64,000 bases of DNA from a virus (Duplodnaviria; Caudoviricetes), in IMG/VR virus record IMGVR_UViG_3300021256_000079, positions 30,755 to 94,754 of that record. One strand, 5' to 3'. Numbering within the stretch: the first letter of the stretch is position 1; every line of letters starts with the position of its first letter. The notes beneath the pieces are model-generated. The model was given only the letters and a program-made list of their open reading frames with translations. It was not told the DNA's origin and made no database searches. The position numbers were made by a program, and so were the translations under genes. Shown here in pieces: positions 34,694 to 44,083 of this stretch.

Positions 34694-36448
34694 TTGCTCT
34701 CAAACACCGCTACGCCTAAATACTATGGGATGTTTCGAGATCAAGTGCTGAGAGGAGAAATTCCTGTCTGCAAAGAGATCGAAATGGAAATGAACCGAAT
34801 AGACGGACTTATTCGAAACCCGCAATTCTACTATGACATAGATGCAGTTGAAGGATTTGTAAAATTCTGTGAAAACGAGCTGACTCTAACTGATGGGTCA
34901 GATCTTTTTTTATTGGATACTTTTAAGCTTTGGTCAGAAGAGATATTTGGATGGTATTACTTCGTAGATCGAAGTGTAGCTGTTCAAAACGCAGATGGTC
35001 ACGGTATTCATTACGAGACTCGAAAAATTAAGAAGAGACTGGTTAATAAACAGTATCTGATTATTCCTCGTGGTGCTGCTAAGTCAATGTATGATGAATC
35101 AATTCAGGCATACTATTTAACAGTAGATACATCGACCACTCAACAGATTACAACAGCTCCTACAATGAAACAGGCCGAAGAAGTAATGACTCCTCTTCGT
35201 ACAGCTCTTGCAAGATCTCGTGGCCCACTTCTTAAGTTTATGACTGAAGGAAGTCTTCAGAACACAACTGGTAGCAAAGCCAATAGACAAAAGATGGCCT
35301 CAACTAAGAAGGGCATTGAGAACTTTCTTACTAATTCGATTCTTGAAGTTAGACCTATGTCAATGGACAAGCTTCAGGGTCTTAGAAGTAAGATTAATAC
35401 TGTCGATGAATGGTTGTCTGGAGCAATCAGAGAAGACGTTATTGGTACTCTTGAACAGGGTGCTTCTAAGAATGACGACTATTTGATCGTTGCAACTTCT
35501 TCTGAAGGTACCGTTAGAAACGGACCTGGCGACACAATCAAAATGGAACTAATGGACATACTTCGAGGCGACTATTACAACCCGCATGTGTCCATCTGGT
35601 ATTACAAGCTCGACGACATTAAAGAAGTCGAAGAAGGAAAGACTAATCCTATGGTCTGGCTTAAGGCTAATCCTAATCTTGGAAAGACAATTAGCTTTGA
35701 AACCTATCTTCTTGATGTAGAAAGAGCTGAAAAGAATCCCGCTGTTCGTAACGATATTTTGGCTAAGCGTTTCAATATTCCTATGGAAGGCTATACGTAC
35801 TTCTTTACATACGAAGAAACTCTTCCTCATAGAAGACGTGACTTCTGGCAAATGGCTTGCTCTATGGGAGCCGACCTTTCTCAGGGTGACGACTTTTGCG
35901 CGTTTACTTTCATGTTCCCTCTTGGCCGTGGACAGTTTGGCATCAAGACCAGATGTTACATCACCTCTTTAACCCTTAGTAAACTTCCTGCCGCTATGCG
36001 TATTAAATACGATAGCTTTATTAACGAAGGAAGTCTTATCATCATGGAAGGTACAGTTCTTGAGATGATGGACGTTTATGACGATCTTGATAGACACATT
36101 CAAGAGTCTGGATACGATGTAAGAACGTTTGGCTTTGACCCTTACAATAGTAGACAGTTTGTAGAACGATGGGTTAGAGAGAATGGCGAATTCGGAGTTG
36201 AGAAAGTCATTCAGGGTGCTAAGACAGAAAGCGTTCCTCTTGGAGAACTTAAGAAGCTTAGCGGAGAAAGAGCGCTTATATTTGATCAGGACATGATGAC
36301 GTTTGCTATGGGAAACGCCATAACGCTTGAAGATACAAATGGCAACCGCAAACTCTTGAAGAAACGCTATGACCAGAAGATTGACTCTGTCGCAGCTATG
36401 ATCGACGCTTACGTGGCCTATAAATTGAATACCGATATGTTTGAGTGA
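34694..36448 (+). CDS. terL: Terminase large subunit
   Basis: Walker A IPRGAAKS, VDEW, nuclease GADLSQGDD, KIDSVAA. Confidence 0.92.
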   Translation: MLSNTATPKYYGMFRDQVLRGEIPVCKEIEMEMNRIDGLIRNPQFYYDIDAVEGFVKFCENELTLTDGSDLFLLDTFKLWSEEIFGWYYFVDRSVAVQNADGHGIHYETRKIKKRLVNKQYLIIPRGAAKSMYDESIQAYYLTVDTSTTQQITTAPTMKQAEEVMTPLRTALARSRGPLLKFMTEGSLQNTTGSKANRQKMASTKKGIENFLTNSILEVRPMSMDKLQGLRSKINTVDEWLSGAIREDVIGTLEQGASKNDDYLIVATSSEGTVRNGPGDTIKMELMDILRGDYYNPHVSIWYYKLDDIKEVEEGKTNPMVWLKANPNLGKTISFETYLLDVERAEKNPAVRNDILAKRFNIPMEGYTYFFTYEETLPHRRRDFWQMACSMGADLSQGDDFCAFTFMFPLGRGQFGIKTRCYITSLTLSKLPAAMRIKYDSFINEGSLIIMEGTVLEMMDVYDDLDRHIQESGYDVRTFGFDPYNSRQFVERWVRENGEFGVEKVIQGAKTESVPLGELKKLSGERALIFDQDMMTFAMGNAITLEDTNGNRKLLKKRYDQKIDSVAAMIDAYVAYKLNTDMFE

Positions 36449-36457
36449 GGTTAAACT

Positions 36458-37054
36458 ATGGCAAAATATTATGGAATGATTTGGACATATGGAAAGAGCC
36501 TCGCTCACTTTGGTATAAAAGGCCAAAAGTGGGGTATAAGGCGTTTTCAGAACGAAGACGGATCGTATACTCCGGAAGGAAAAGAGCGTTATTCTCGTCG
36601 ATCAAAAGATATAGAATATGCAAAAAAATACGCTAAAAGTCAAATAGAAAAAGATAAGAAAAGTCTTGAATATTGGAGATCTGAAGTACAAAAATCTAAA
36701 GACATGCCTGCGACAAGAGAAGGAATAAAGAAACGGATTAACATCTCGGATGATGACTATGATGATTATTTAAGAGAATATAAGACTCCAGAAAACATTA
36801 AGAAAAGAATAATTTCTGATGATCAGCATGAGGCAAAAACTTTTAAAGAAAGTATTAAAGACTGGAATAAAAAGTTAAAAAGTCTCGAAAAGGTAAAAGT
36901 TGATGTTATTATGTCCGATAAACAACATCAGAAGCAGATCGATGATATCTTTACTCAGGCTCAAGGGAAGTTCTTTAGATTTGTAGAATTATACCCTCTA
37001 CATGAATTCATTAATGATTCAAGAAAACAAGATAAGCGTAAAAGTGCATCTTAA
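36458..37054 (+). CDS. HYG-tag protein
   Basis: LAHFGIKGQKWGIRRFQNEDGS. Confidence 0.8.
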   Translation: MAKYYGMIWTYGKSLAHFGIKGQKWGIRRFQNEDGSYTPEGKERYSRRSKDIEYAKKYAKSQIEKDKKSLEYWRSEVQKSKDMPATREGIKKRINISDDDYDDYLREYKTPENIKKRIISDDQHEAKTFKESIKDWNKKLKSLEKVKVDVIMSDKQHQKQIDDIFTQAQGKFFRFVELYPLHEFINDSRKQDKRKSAS

Positions 37055-37061
37055 AGATCTT

Positions 37062-37090
37062 TAAGCCGTTTCTAAAAAGACGGCTTTTAA
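37062..37090 (+). terminator. Terminator-like hairpin
   Basis: AAGCCGTTT..AGACGGCTT followed by Ts. Confidence 0.6.
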
Positions 37091-37093
37091 TTT

Positions 37094-37166
37094 GCTTCCA
37101 TAGCTCAGTGGTTAGAGCACCGGTCTTATAAACCGTAGGCCCCTAGTTCGAATCTAGGTGGAAGTA
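37094..37166 (+). tRNA. tRNA-Ile (anticodon UAU)
   Basis: Acceptor GCTTCCA/TGGAAGT, D arm, loop CTTATAA, T arm CCTAG-TTCGAAT-CTAGG; CCA not encoded. Confidence 0.88.
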
Positions 37167-37192
37167 CTAATTATTTTTGAGGAGGCCTTTGT

Positions 37193-37945
37193 ATGGGCGA
37201 ATATTACTCCGGTATTTTTGTTTCCGATGAAGCTCTCGCCCATTATGGCATAAAAGGTCAAAAATGGGGTTTTCGTCGATTTAGAAATGAAGATGGATCT
37301 CTAACTTCTGAAGGCCGTGACCATTATGGAATCGGAGATCCAAGGAAGCCTGGAGTCGCTGGATCTATTCGATACAATACTAGACAACAGGCCGAGCATA
37401 ACTATCGTATCAGAAGATTTGGATCGGCTTCAGCTAAAACTCTCGAAAGTAAACCTAAGCAGCTGAGTAAAAAAGAGCAGCAGATTAGAAAAACGAGAGC
37501 TAAACGATTACTCAAAACGGCGGCAATAGTTGGAATTGGTGTAGCTGCGATTTATGGCGTGCATCGTTACAACAAGACTACTGATAATTTGATTCAGCTT
37601 GCTAAAAATGACGTTCACAATACATACAAGATGGGCGAAAGCTCAATTAAGAATGCACAGGATAGAGCTAATCACGATTATTGGCGTGCACATGATATTA
37701 ACGCTATTACGACAAGAAGTGCTGCCAAGAAAGTACTGCACCTTAAAGGTTTAAAACAGACACACCAATTCATTAAAGCCAATAATCTCGCTAAGCGTAA
37801 GACAAGCGAGATTATGGAAAAACGTACTGGAAAGCTTATTGAAGGAATGACTAGAAGTCGACTGACTGGTGATTTTAAACCGATCTCTGAAAAGAAACGA
37901 AGAAAGATGGCTGAACGAATGGTTCGAAATCGAGTTGTATTCTAA
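37193..37945 (+). CDS. HYG-tag protein, basic, one hydrophobic helix
   Basis: LAHYGIKGQKWG. Confidence 0.8.
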   Translation: MGEYYSGIFVSDEALAHYGIKGQKWGFRRFRNEDGSLTSEGRDHYGIGDPRKPGVAGSIRYNTRQQAEHNYRIRRFGSASAKTLESKPKQLSKKEQQIRKTRAKRLLKTAAIVGIGVAAIYGVHRYNKTTDNLIQLAKNDVHNTYKMGESSIKNAQDRANHDYWRAHDINAITTRSAAKKVLHLKGLKQTHQFIKANNLAKRKTSEIMEKRTGKLIEGMTRSRLTGDFKPISEKKRRKMAERMVRNRVVF

Positions 37946-37967
37946 TTATTACAGGAGGGCACATATT

Positions 37968-38642
37968 ATGCTATACGAAACAAACTACCTTGAGCATCAC
38001 GGCATAAAAGGTCAGAGATGGGGGACTCGTCGTTTTCAGAACGAGGACGGAACTTTGACCGCAGAAGGACGAGATCGTTATGGTGTCGGTGAATCTGATT
38101 CTGCTAATTCACAAAAGAAGTCTAGAGCCGAAACCAGAGAAGAAAGAAAAGCTAGATACAAACGCGGTAAGGAGTTCGAGCGTGAACGTAGAGCTGAAGA
38201 ATCTCGAGATTATGAAAAACAGCTCAATGAAGATGAAGACTATCAAAGAGAAAAGCATAAAAAAGAGAGACTCGATTGGGACGCTGCTGTAAATCAGAAC
38301 CAGCCAAATTTTTATCGCGATTTGCACCGTTATGATGCAGATCAAAAAATGAAGGATAAAGAATACGTTGCTTCAGAAAAAGCGCAAAAGAACTCACGAG
38401 AGTATATTAGGAAAAAGCACGGAGATACAGCCATATCTGATATGGACTATTATACCTCGCAGTCCAAAAAGAAAAAGGCAATCGCTATGATCGCTACAGT
38501 GAGTGCGCTTGCGCTAGGATCGGTTCTGTATAATAAGCATCAGCAAAGGAAAGAAACACAAGCCTATTATAACGATCTTCATAGCCGATATAGTGCTGAA
38601 TTCGATAAGATTAATAGAATGAAGCGAAACGGAGCGTTCTGA
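37968..38642 (+). CDS. HYG-tag protein, one hydrophobic helix
   Basis: LEHHGIKGQRWG. Confidence 0.8.
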   Translation: MLYETNYLEHHGIKGQRWGTRRFQNEDGTLTAEGRDRYGVGESDSANSQKKSRAETREERKARYKRGKEFERERRAEESRDYEKQLNEDEDYQREKHKKERLDWDAAVNQNQPNFYRDLHRYDADQKMKDKEYVASEKAQKNSREYIRKKHGDTAISDMDYYTSQSKKKKAIAMIATVSALALGSVLYNKHQQRKETQAYYNDLHSRYSAEFDKINRMKRNGAF

Positions 38643-38646
38643 TACT

Positions 38647-39348
38647 ATGGAAAGATATTTGGAGCATTACGGTATAAAAGGCCAAAAATGGGGGGTTCGG
38701 CGTTTTCAGAATGAAGATGGATCGTATACTCCAGAGGGTAAAGAACGTTACAATCAAGGTTCTTCTGGAAAAAATAGTTTCGATCATAGAAAAGCTTCAT
38801 CTGGATTAGCTGGAGGTATTGGTGAAAGCGGCAAAACAGGTCGAATGATGAACAATACTGAAATTTGGCTAACTTCTGCGGCTACGAGCTTTATTATTCG
38901 TAGGTCGGCTTATGAGCATCGTAAAGTGAATGCTAAAAAAGAAATAGCTAAAGCCGAAATCAATAAAGATAAAGAACGAATAACAAAAGACAATCTAAAA
39001 GATATGTGTTCTAAATACAATCGTAAAGAGCGTCATGTTATTATCGATCAGATGAAAAATAAGCCCAATATGACATATGATAAGGCAACAGATAAGGCAG
39101 ATAGCATGCGGAATAAACGTCTGTTGAAGAATACTGCGTTGTATTTGGCTTCAACTGTTGCAGTTCCGCTTGCGATGATTTATGGTCCAAATGCCATGCG
39201 TAAAGTTCATGATTCTCTTGGAAAAAACAAGATGTTTCAAGAATTCTTGAGAAGTATGAAACATCGAAGCATGAAAGATGCAATCGTCCTTCGTAAAGAT
39301 GAGTGGGAAATTGACAAAGTATGGCAACTCCCATCTGGTCGCGGTTAA
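38647..39348 (+). CDS. HYG-tag protein
   Basis: LEHYGIKGQKWG. Confidence 0.8.
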   Translation: MERYLEHYGIKGQKWGVRRFQNEDGSYTPEGKERYNQGSSGKNSFDHRKASSGLAGGIGESGKTGRMMNNTEIWLTSAATSFIIRRSAYEHRKVNAKKEIAKAEINKDKERITKDNLKDMCSKYNRKERHVIIDQMKNKPNMTYDKATDKADSMRNKRLLKNTALYLASTVAVPLAMIYGPNAMRKVHDSLGKNKMFQEFLRSMKHRSMKDAIVLRKDEWEIDKVWQLPSGRG

Positions 39349-39393
39349 GCGATTTTTTTATTTAATGAAATTAGTGTTTTTGAGGTGGGCTTA

Positions 39394-39945
39394 ATGCTAT
39401 ATGAAACTAATTATTTGGAGCATCACGGTATAAAAGGCCAAAAGTGGGGAACCAGACGTTTTCAAAACGAGGACGGAACTTTGACCCCTGAAGGTGAAGA
39501 GAGATATGGTCATAAAAAGGATCGTGGCGATAAAGGTCTAATCCGAAAAACCATCGGTAGCGAAATGGGAAACTATGCTTTCGCTAAATGGAGAGAAAGA
39601 CGCCACGAAAAGAATCTCGCAAAAGCTGAAAAGGCTTCCGATCAGAAGAAAATCGATAAGTATAAGAGTAAAAAAGATGCTCAGGCAGCAGCTAATCGTA
39701 ATCTGGACGCCTATCGTCGTCATACTAAAGCTAGTACGTTGGTTGCTCAGAATTTACTCCTTACAGCTCCAGCTTTTAGGCACGCAAGAGCTAGAGGAGA
39801 GGGCATTTTAAGTTCTCTTGTTGAATCGTCGACTCCTATTGGTCCGATTTTACGAATGATGCGAGATAAGAAAGCTTATGGCAAATATCTAGTGTTTGGT
39901 ATCGACGATGGTGAAGATTTTGCAATTAAATTTGAAGATCGCTAA
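39394..39945 (+). CDS. HYG-tag protein
   Basis: LEHHGIKGQKWG. Confidence 0.8.
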   Translation: MLYETNYLEHHGIKGQKWGTRRFQNEDGTLTPEGEERYGHKKDRGDKGLIRKTIGSEMGNYAFAKWRERRHEKNLAKAEKASDQKKIDKYKSKKDAQAAANRNLDAYRRHTKASTLVAQNLLLTAPAFRHARARGEGILSSLVESSTPIGPILRMMRDKKAYGKYLVFGIDDGEDFAIKFEDR

Positions 39946-39969
39946 TACGTTCTAGGTGGATGATTAACT

Positions 39970-40785
39970 ATGACTTATGAAGAAAATTATTTGAAACACT
40001 ATGGTATAAAAGGCCAAAAGTGGGGAGCCAGACGTTTTCAAAATGAAGACGGATCTTATACTGCCGAAGGTAAAGAGAGATATGGACGTGGCGGCAATTC
40101 TGGACGCTCTGGAGCGATTAAAGGATTTAACCGTTCTGGAGGTGTTTATGATAAGTCAGACGGATCAAAAGATATGAAGCGTCTTAAGAAAGATGCTAAG
40201 AAAGATGCCGAAGATATGGCTCGTGCTAAAGCTTATTATGGCGAAGGAGCAGGTAATAGACGTAAGCAGATTAAAAATAGAATCAGCGAGCGCATGAAAG
40301 ATCCTGACTATAAGGCTGAATACGAAAAGCAGCTTGCTGCCCAGGACATGTCTAAGCATCAGAAAGCCGCTAACAGAGAACGACATGTTCAAGATGCCAA
40401 GAATACGGCTGCTAAAACAGCTCGCGGTATTAAGAATCTTCTACTCGGTGTTGGCTCGGCTTCTGTTGCAGCTGTCATGCTTTATAACGCAGCTAAATTT
40501 ACGGGCGCTGATAAAAAGATTGCTGAGTTTGGTAAAAAAGCGTTCAATGACATTTCAGATAAAGTGAAAAACTTTAAAAAGCCGCAGCTTAAAGATTTTG
40601 ATTGGTCTAAGAATCGTCCTACGAAATATGGATCTAATGATTATACAGCTCCTAAAAGTTCCCATACAGTTAATGAAAGTCAGTCTTCGCGACGTCCTGG
40701 TGGTATCGTTGAAAAGACTGATAGAACTAAACATGGGACAACACGCCCGTGGGTAGATAAAAATGGTCAGATTCATTACTATTGA
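39970..40785 (+). CDS. HYG-tag protein
   Basis: LKHYGIKGQKWG. Confidence 0.8.
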   Translation: MTYEENYLKHYGIKGQKWGARRFQNEDGSYTAEGKERYGRGGNSGRSGAIKGFNRSGGVYDKSDGSKDMKRLKKDAKKDAEDMARAKAYYGEGAGNRRKQIKNRISERMKDPDYKAEYEKQLAAQDMSKHQKAANRERHVQDAKNTAAKTARGIKNLLLGVGSASVAAVMLYNAAKFTGADKKIAEFGKKAFNDISDKVKNFKKPQLKDFDWSKNRPTKYGSNDYTAPKSSHTVNESQSSRRPGGIVEKTDRTKHGTTRPWVDKNGQIHYY

Positions 40786-40799
40786 GGAGGTGATAGTCA

Positions 40800-42254
40800 A
40801 TGGCATTAACTCTTCAAGAATGCATAGACAAAATTAAGAAAGAGTACCCTCATCATTATCCATATGTTTATGTAGAATTTGAGGGAAAATACATTTTTAA
40901 CCTTATTTCTAAGGGTGCCGACCCCGAAGGTGCGATTAGTGATATGCACGTCGTTGATCCAGAAACTGGTTACATTAGCGGCGGAATTTCAATTATGGAA
41001 TTCGTCAAGGATGCAAAATTTAGAGAGGTATGGAAGCATGCTAATTTGGTTGCAAACCATGACGATAGCTTACAGCATTCTTCTTTTCCGAAGTCGTCTT
41101 CTGAAAGAGGATGGCGTGTTCGAAAAAATCAAAATGGAAGTAAAAGCGGCCCTTTTGTATCTAAGGCGAGTGATTACGGGGACAATCTGACATATGGTGG
41201 CAGCTTGATGCATCATGGGATTAAAGGTCAGAGCTGGGGTGTCCGTAATGGCCCGCCTTATCCTTTGGATCAAAAGACACATAATAAAGTTGTAAAAGAA
41301 GCCGGCAAGTCTCCTTCTGGGCGAAGCGATGGATCAAATGATGGTAAAACTGGTCTTATCCCAGAAACAATCGCTTTGGTTTCGATTCTCGCTATAAATG
41401 CCTATATGAATAGCCCTAAGGTAGTAGAAAAGAGACAGCAAAAAGAGCAGATCAAGTTCAACAAACAAAATCGATCAGTTTCGGAAGATATTTTGGGCGA
41501 TATTGCCGACGTTAGAAAAGATTTCAGTTCTGACAATATGCCAAAACAGATTTCCGGAAATCATAGTTCTGAAGACGATATGGCAGCGGTTAATCCTCGG
41601 TACAAAAACGGCGTCGTTCCTGGAACTAGTGTTAACTGTGTGCTTTGTTCTTGTACTTACGATCTTCGCAGACGAGGATATGACGTGACGGCTCTTTCCA
41701 GTGAGACAGGAAACTACACAGAGCAAATCCTTAAGGGGCTTTATAAGGATCCTGTAATCGAGCATGTTCCTAGTAAAAGCTTTACTGAAATGTTCGACAA
41801 CGCCGCAAAAAAGTATCCTGAAGGAGCTAGAGGAGAAATTTCTGTTTCTGGTCTTTTCATGGGGCATAGCATGGCTTGGGAGATAAAGAATGGCAAATTC
41901 GAAGTTCTTGATACTCAGCGAAATGTAAAGGTGACTCCTTCTGATCTTTTAGAGTTTGGGTTTATGCCTGGTGCCAAGAATAATACCATAACCAGAACAG
42001 ACAATCTCGAAATCAAGCCAGAAGGCATTAATCTTGTCGCCGCTGAATACAAGCCAGGAGCAAAGAAGATACTTAAAGCCGAGCAGGCTGCTTTAAAAGC
42101 AAAAAATGACGATAAGAAAAAAGGAATCATGACAATTAGTGAAGCTAAGCGACGTAAGAAGTATGAAGAGGCCTATTTGAGAGAACATCCAAATGCTGAT
42201 CGTAATTCTGAGGGACTTAGGAATTATGTAGAATCTCAAATGAATGCCAAATGA
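40800..42254 (+). CDS. HYG-tag protein (internal tag) with papain-fold toxin/deamidase-like domain
   Basis: LMHHGIKGQSWGVRNGPPYPL; NC..GH..LDTQ catalytic pattern. Confidence 0.75.
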   Translation: MALTLQECIDKIKKEYPHHYPYVYVEFEGKYIFNLISKGADPEGAISDMHVVDPETGYISGGISIMEFVKDAKFREVWKHANLVANHDDSLQHSSFPKSSSERGWRVRKNQNGSKSGPFVSKASDYGDNLTYGGSLMHHGIKGQSWGVRNGPPYPLDQKTHNKVVKEAGKSPSGRSDGSNDGKTGLIPETIALVSILAINAYMNSPKVVEKRQQKEQIKFNKQNRSVSEDILGDIADVRKDFSSDNMPKQISGNHSSEDDMAAVNPRYKNGVVPGTSVNCVLCSCTYDLRRRGYDVTALSSETGNYTEQILKGLYKDPVIEHVPSKSFTEMFDNAAKKYPEGARGEISVSGLFMGHSMAWEIKNGKFEVLDTQRNVKVTPSDLLEFGFMPGAKNNTITRTDNLEIKPEGINLVAAEYKPGAKKILKAEQAALKAKNDDKKKGIMTISEAKRRKKYEEAYLREHPNADRNSEGLRNYVESQMNAK

Positions 42255-42262
42255 TGTTATAG

Positions 42263-43165
42263 ATGAGGAGACAGATTATGAAATGGGAAAGTGATTCCGG
42301 ATATTTACCTGTCCCCTCTGAGAAAGACTGGGGCGTAAAAAAAGAACTAGGATTCGGCGGAAATTCGATCCTAGACAATTCCGAAAACGAATTGATGCAT
42401 TATGGTATTCCTGGAATGAAATGGGGCGTTCGAACTAAGGAATACATAGCTAAGCGATTAGCTTCAAGTCGAACTAAACGAGAAGCCGAGCGAAAGCGTC
42501 AGTACGAAGAAGGATACAACCGTGGTCGAAGAGTAGCTAGCAATACCTATTTTATTAAAAACCGCGTAGCTAAGATTTTGGCTGAAAAAAAGAGACGAGA
42601 AGAAGAAGCTAAAGGAAGTCTATCTGATCGTTTCGTAGACAAAAATTTTGATAAGCTGACTGATAAAATGGGTATCAGCGATATGCTTAAAGGTTTCGGT
42701 TTGGACGAGAAAGCTAAAGACTATTTAAAAGATTTCAAAGATAAAAAAATAGATGACGCGCTTGATTGGATGCAAACCGAAAACGGTCAAAAAAGAGTGC
42801 AGAGCGTTGCGAATTTCCTTGGTAAATCTACTTCAAAAGCAATTGGCGTTGGAGTTAAGGCTGCTCCTTATGTTAAGAAAGGTGCCAAATCTGCTGGAAA
42901 GGCCGTATCTAAAGCTGGTAAAGGCGCTGCTTCTGCTGCTGCGAAAGCTGTCAAATCTGGTTATAAATGGCTGCGCGAAGGTGATCCTAGCGGGTCTCAG
43001 AAAATTAAAATGGGCGTTCGGAAATTTGAAAAGGCTATGTCTAGGCAGCTTGGAAAAACCTCAGTTGCTATAACAAAAAGTTCAGCTTTTTCTAAAAAGG
43101 CTGTTCGTTATGCTCATGAGAGTCTTGGCAATCTTTTGCGCAAAAGACCGAGGCGACATTCATAG
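42263..43165 (+). CDS. HYG-tag protein, very basic
   Basis: LMHYGIPGMKWGVR. Confidence 0.8.
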   Translation: MRRQIMKWESDSGYLPVPSEKDWGVKKELGFGGNSILDNSENELMHYGIPGMKWGVRTKEYIAKRLASSRTKREAERKRQYEEGYNRGRRVASNTYFIKNRVAKILAEKKRREEEAKGSLSDRFVDKNFDKLTDKMGISDMLKGFGLDEKAKDYLKDFKDKKIDDALDWMQTENGQKRVQSVANFLGKSTSKAIGVGVKAAPYVKKGAKSAGKAVSKAGKGAASAAAKAVKSGYKWLREGDPSGSQKIKMGVRKFEKAMSRQLGKTSVAITKSSAFSKKAVRYAHESLGNLLRKRPRRHS

Positions 43166-43171
43166 AAAGAA

Positions 43172-44077
43172 GTGATTCTTATGCAGGAAAAGCCTGCTTC
43201 TTTTATTTATGGAAAAGTCAGGCAGCCGCCTGAACTAATGCACTATGGTATCAAAGGACAGAAATGGGGCGTAAGGCGTTTTCAATATGAAAACGGATCG
43301 TATACTACCGAAGGCAAGGAAAGATACGGTCGAGGCTCGGAATCGTCAAAAAAGAATTCTGAGTCAAACAAAAAACAATCCAGTTCAAATACGTATCGTT
43401 CGAACGGAACTAGTAAAGGTCGAAAAGAAGTAGATAAGCTTTTCGATGATCGTGATTATGATACCGCTTCTAAATTCGATTTTGCTGGTCAATACGCTTT
43501 GTCAGAATACAAGCGTGGTGGGAGAGATGCAGCAGAAAAAGCTATTTCTTCCCAATTAAAAGGATACAAGTATGAATATTCTATAAATGACGATAAATCT
43601 AGTAAAGACTCGTATTCAACTTATTCTTTAAGAGTGCACGGAAACGGTAAAGCGTATGAAGTGTTCGGAGACGACGAATACAGTGATGATCAGTCATTTG
43701 TAAGAACTGATAAATCGTCGAAAAAGGGTTTGGCAGGCGGTATTAAATCTAGAGGCAATAAAGACCCCAATGCTCGTGAAAACTGGAAACCTAAAGATGT
43801 TAGTAAACTGTCCGATGAAGAATTGAGAAGGCGTAATAATCGTCTTCAGGCTGAACAACAGTATAAGAGTGCTACAACACCTGAGTGGAAAAAAGAAACC
43901 AAGCAGATAGCTAAAGATGCAATGAAGAAGATATTTGTTGCTACGGCTGTTACTTCGGTAGCAGCGATAGCAACTGCGTATTTGAAACCTGCAAGGACGT
44001 ATCTTAGCGAGCTGGCAGAAGCGAAAATGCAAAAAACAGTAGATTCTATTAAGGCAAAACGCGCAGGGTCGAGGTGA
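43172..44077 (+). CDS. HYG-tag protein
   Basis: LMHYGIKGQKWGVRR; LSDEEL..RL..EQQY motif. Confidence 0.8.
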   Translation: MILMQEKPASFIYGKVRQPPELMHYGIKGQKWGVRRFQYENGSYTTEGKERYGRGSESSKKNSESNKKQSSSNTYRSNGTSKGRKEVDKLFDDRDYDTASKFDFAGQYALSEYKRGGRDAAEKAISSQLKGYKYEYSINDDKSSKDSYSTYSLRVHGNGKAYEVFGDDEYSDDQSFVRTDKSSKKGLAGGIKSRGNKDPNARENWKPKDVSKLSDEELRRRNNRLQAEQQYKSATTPEWKKETKQIAKDAMKKIFVATAVTSVAAIATAYLKPARTYLSELAEAKMQKTVDSIKAKRAGSR

Positions 44078-44083
44078 CGCAGC

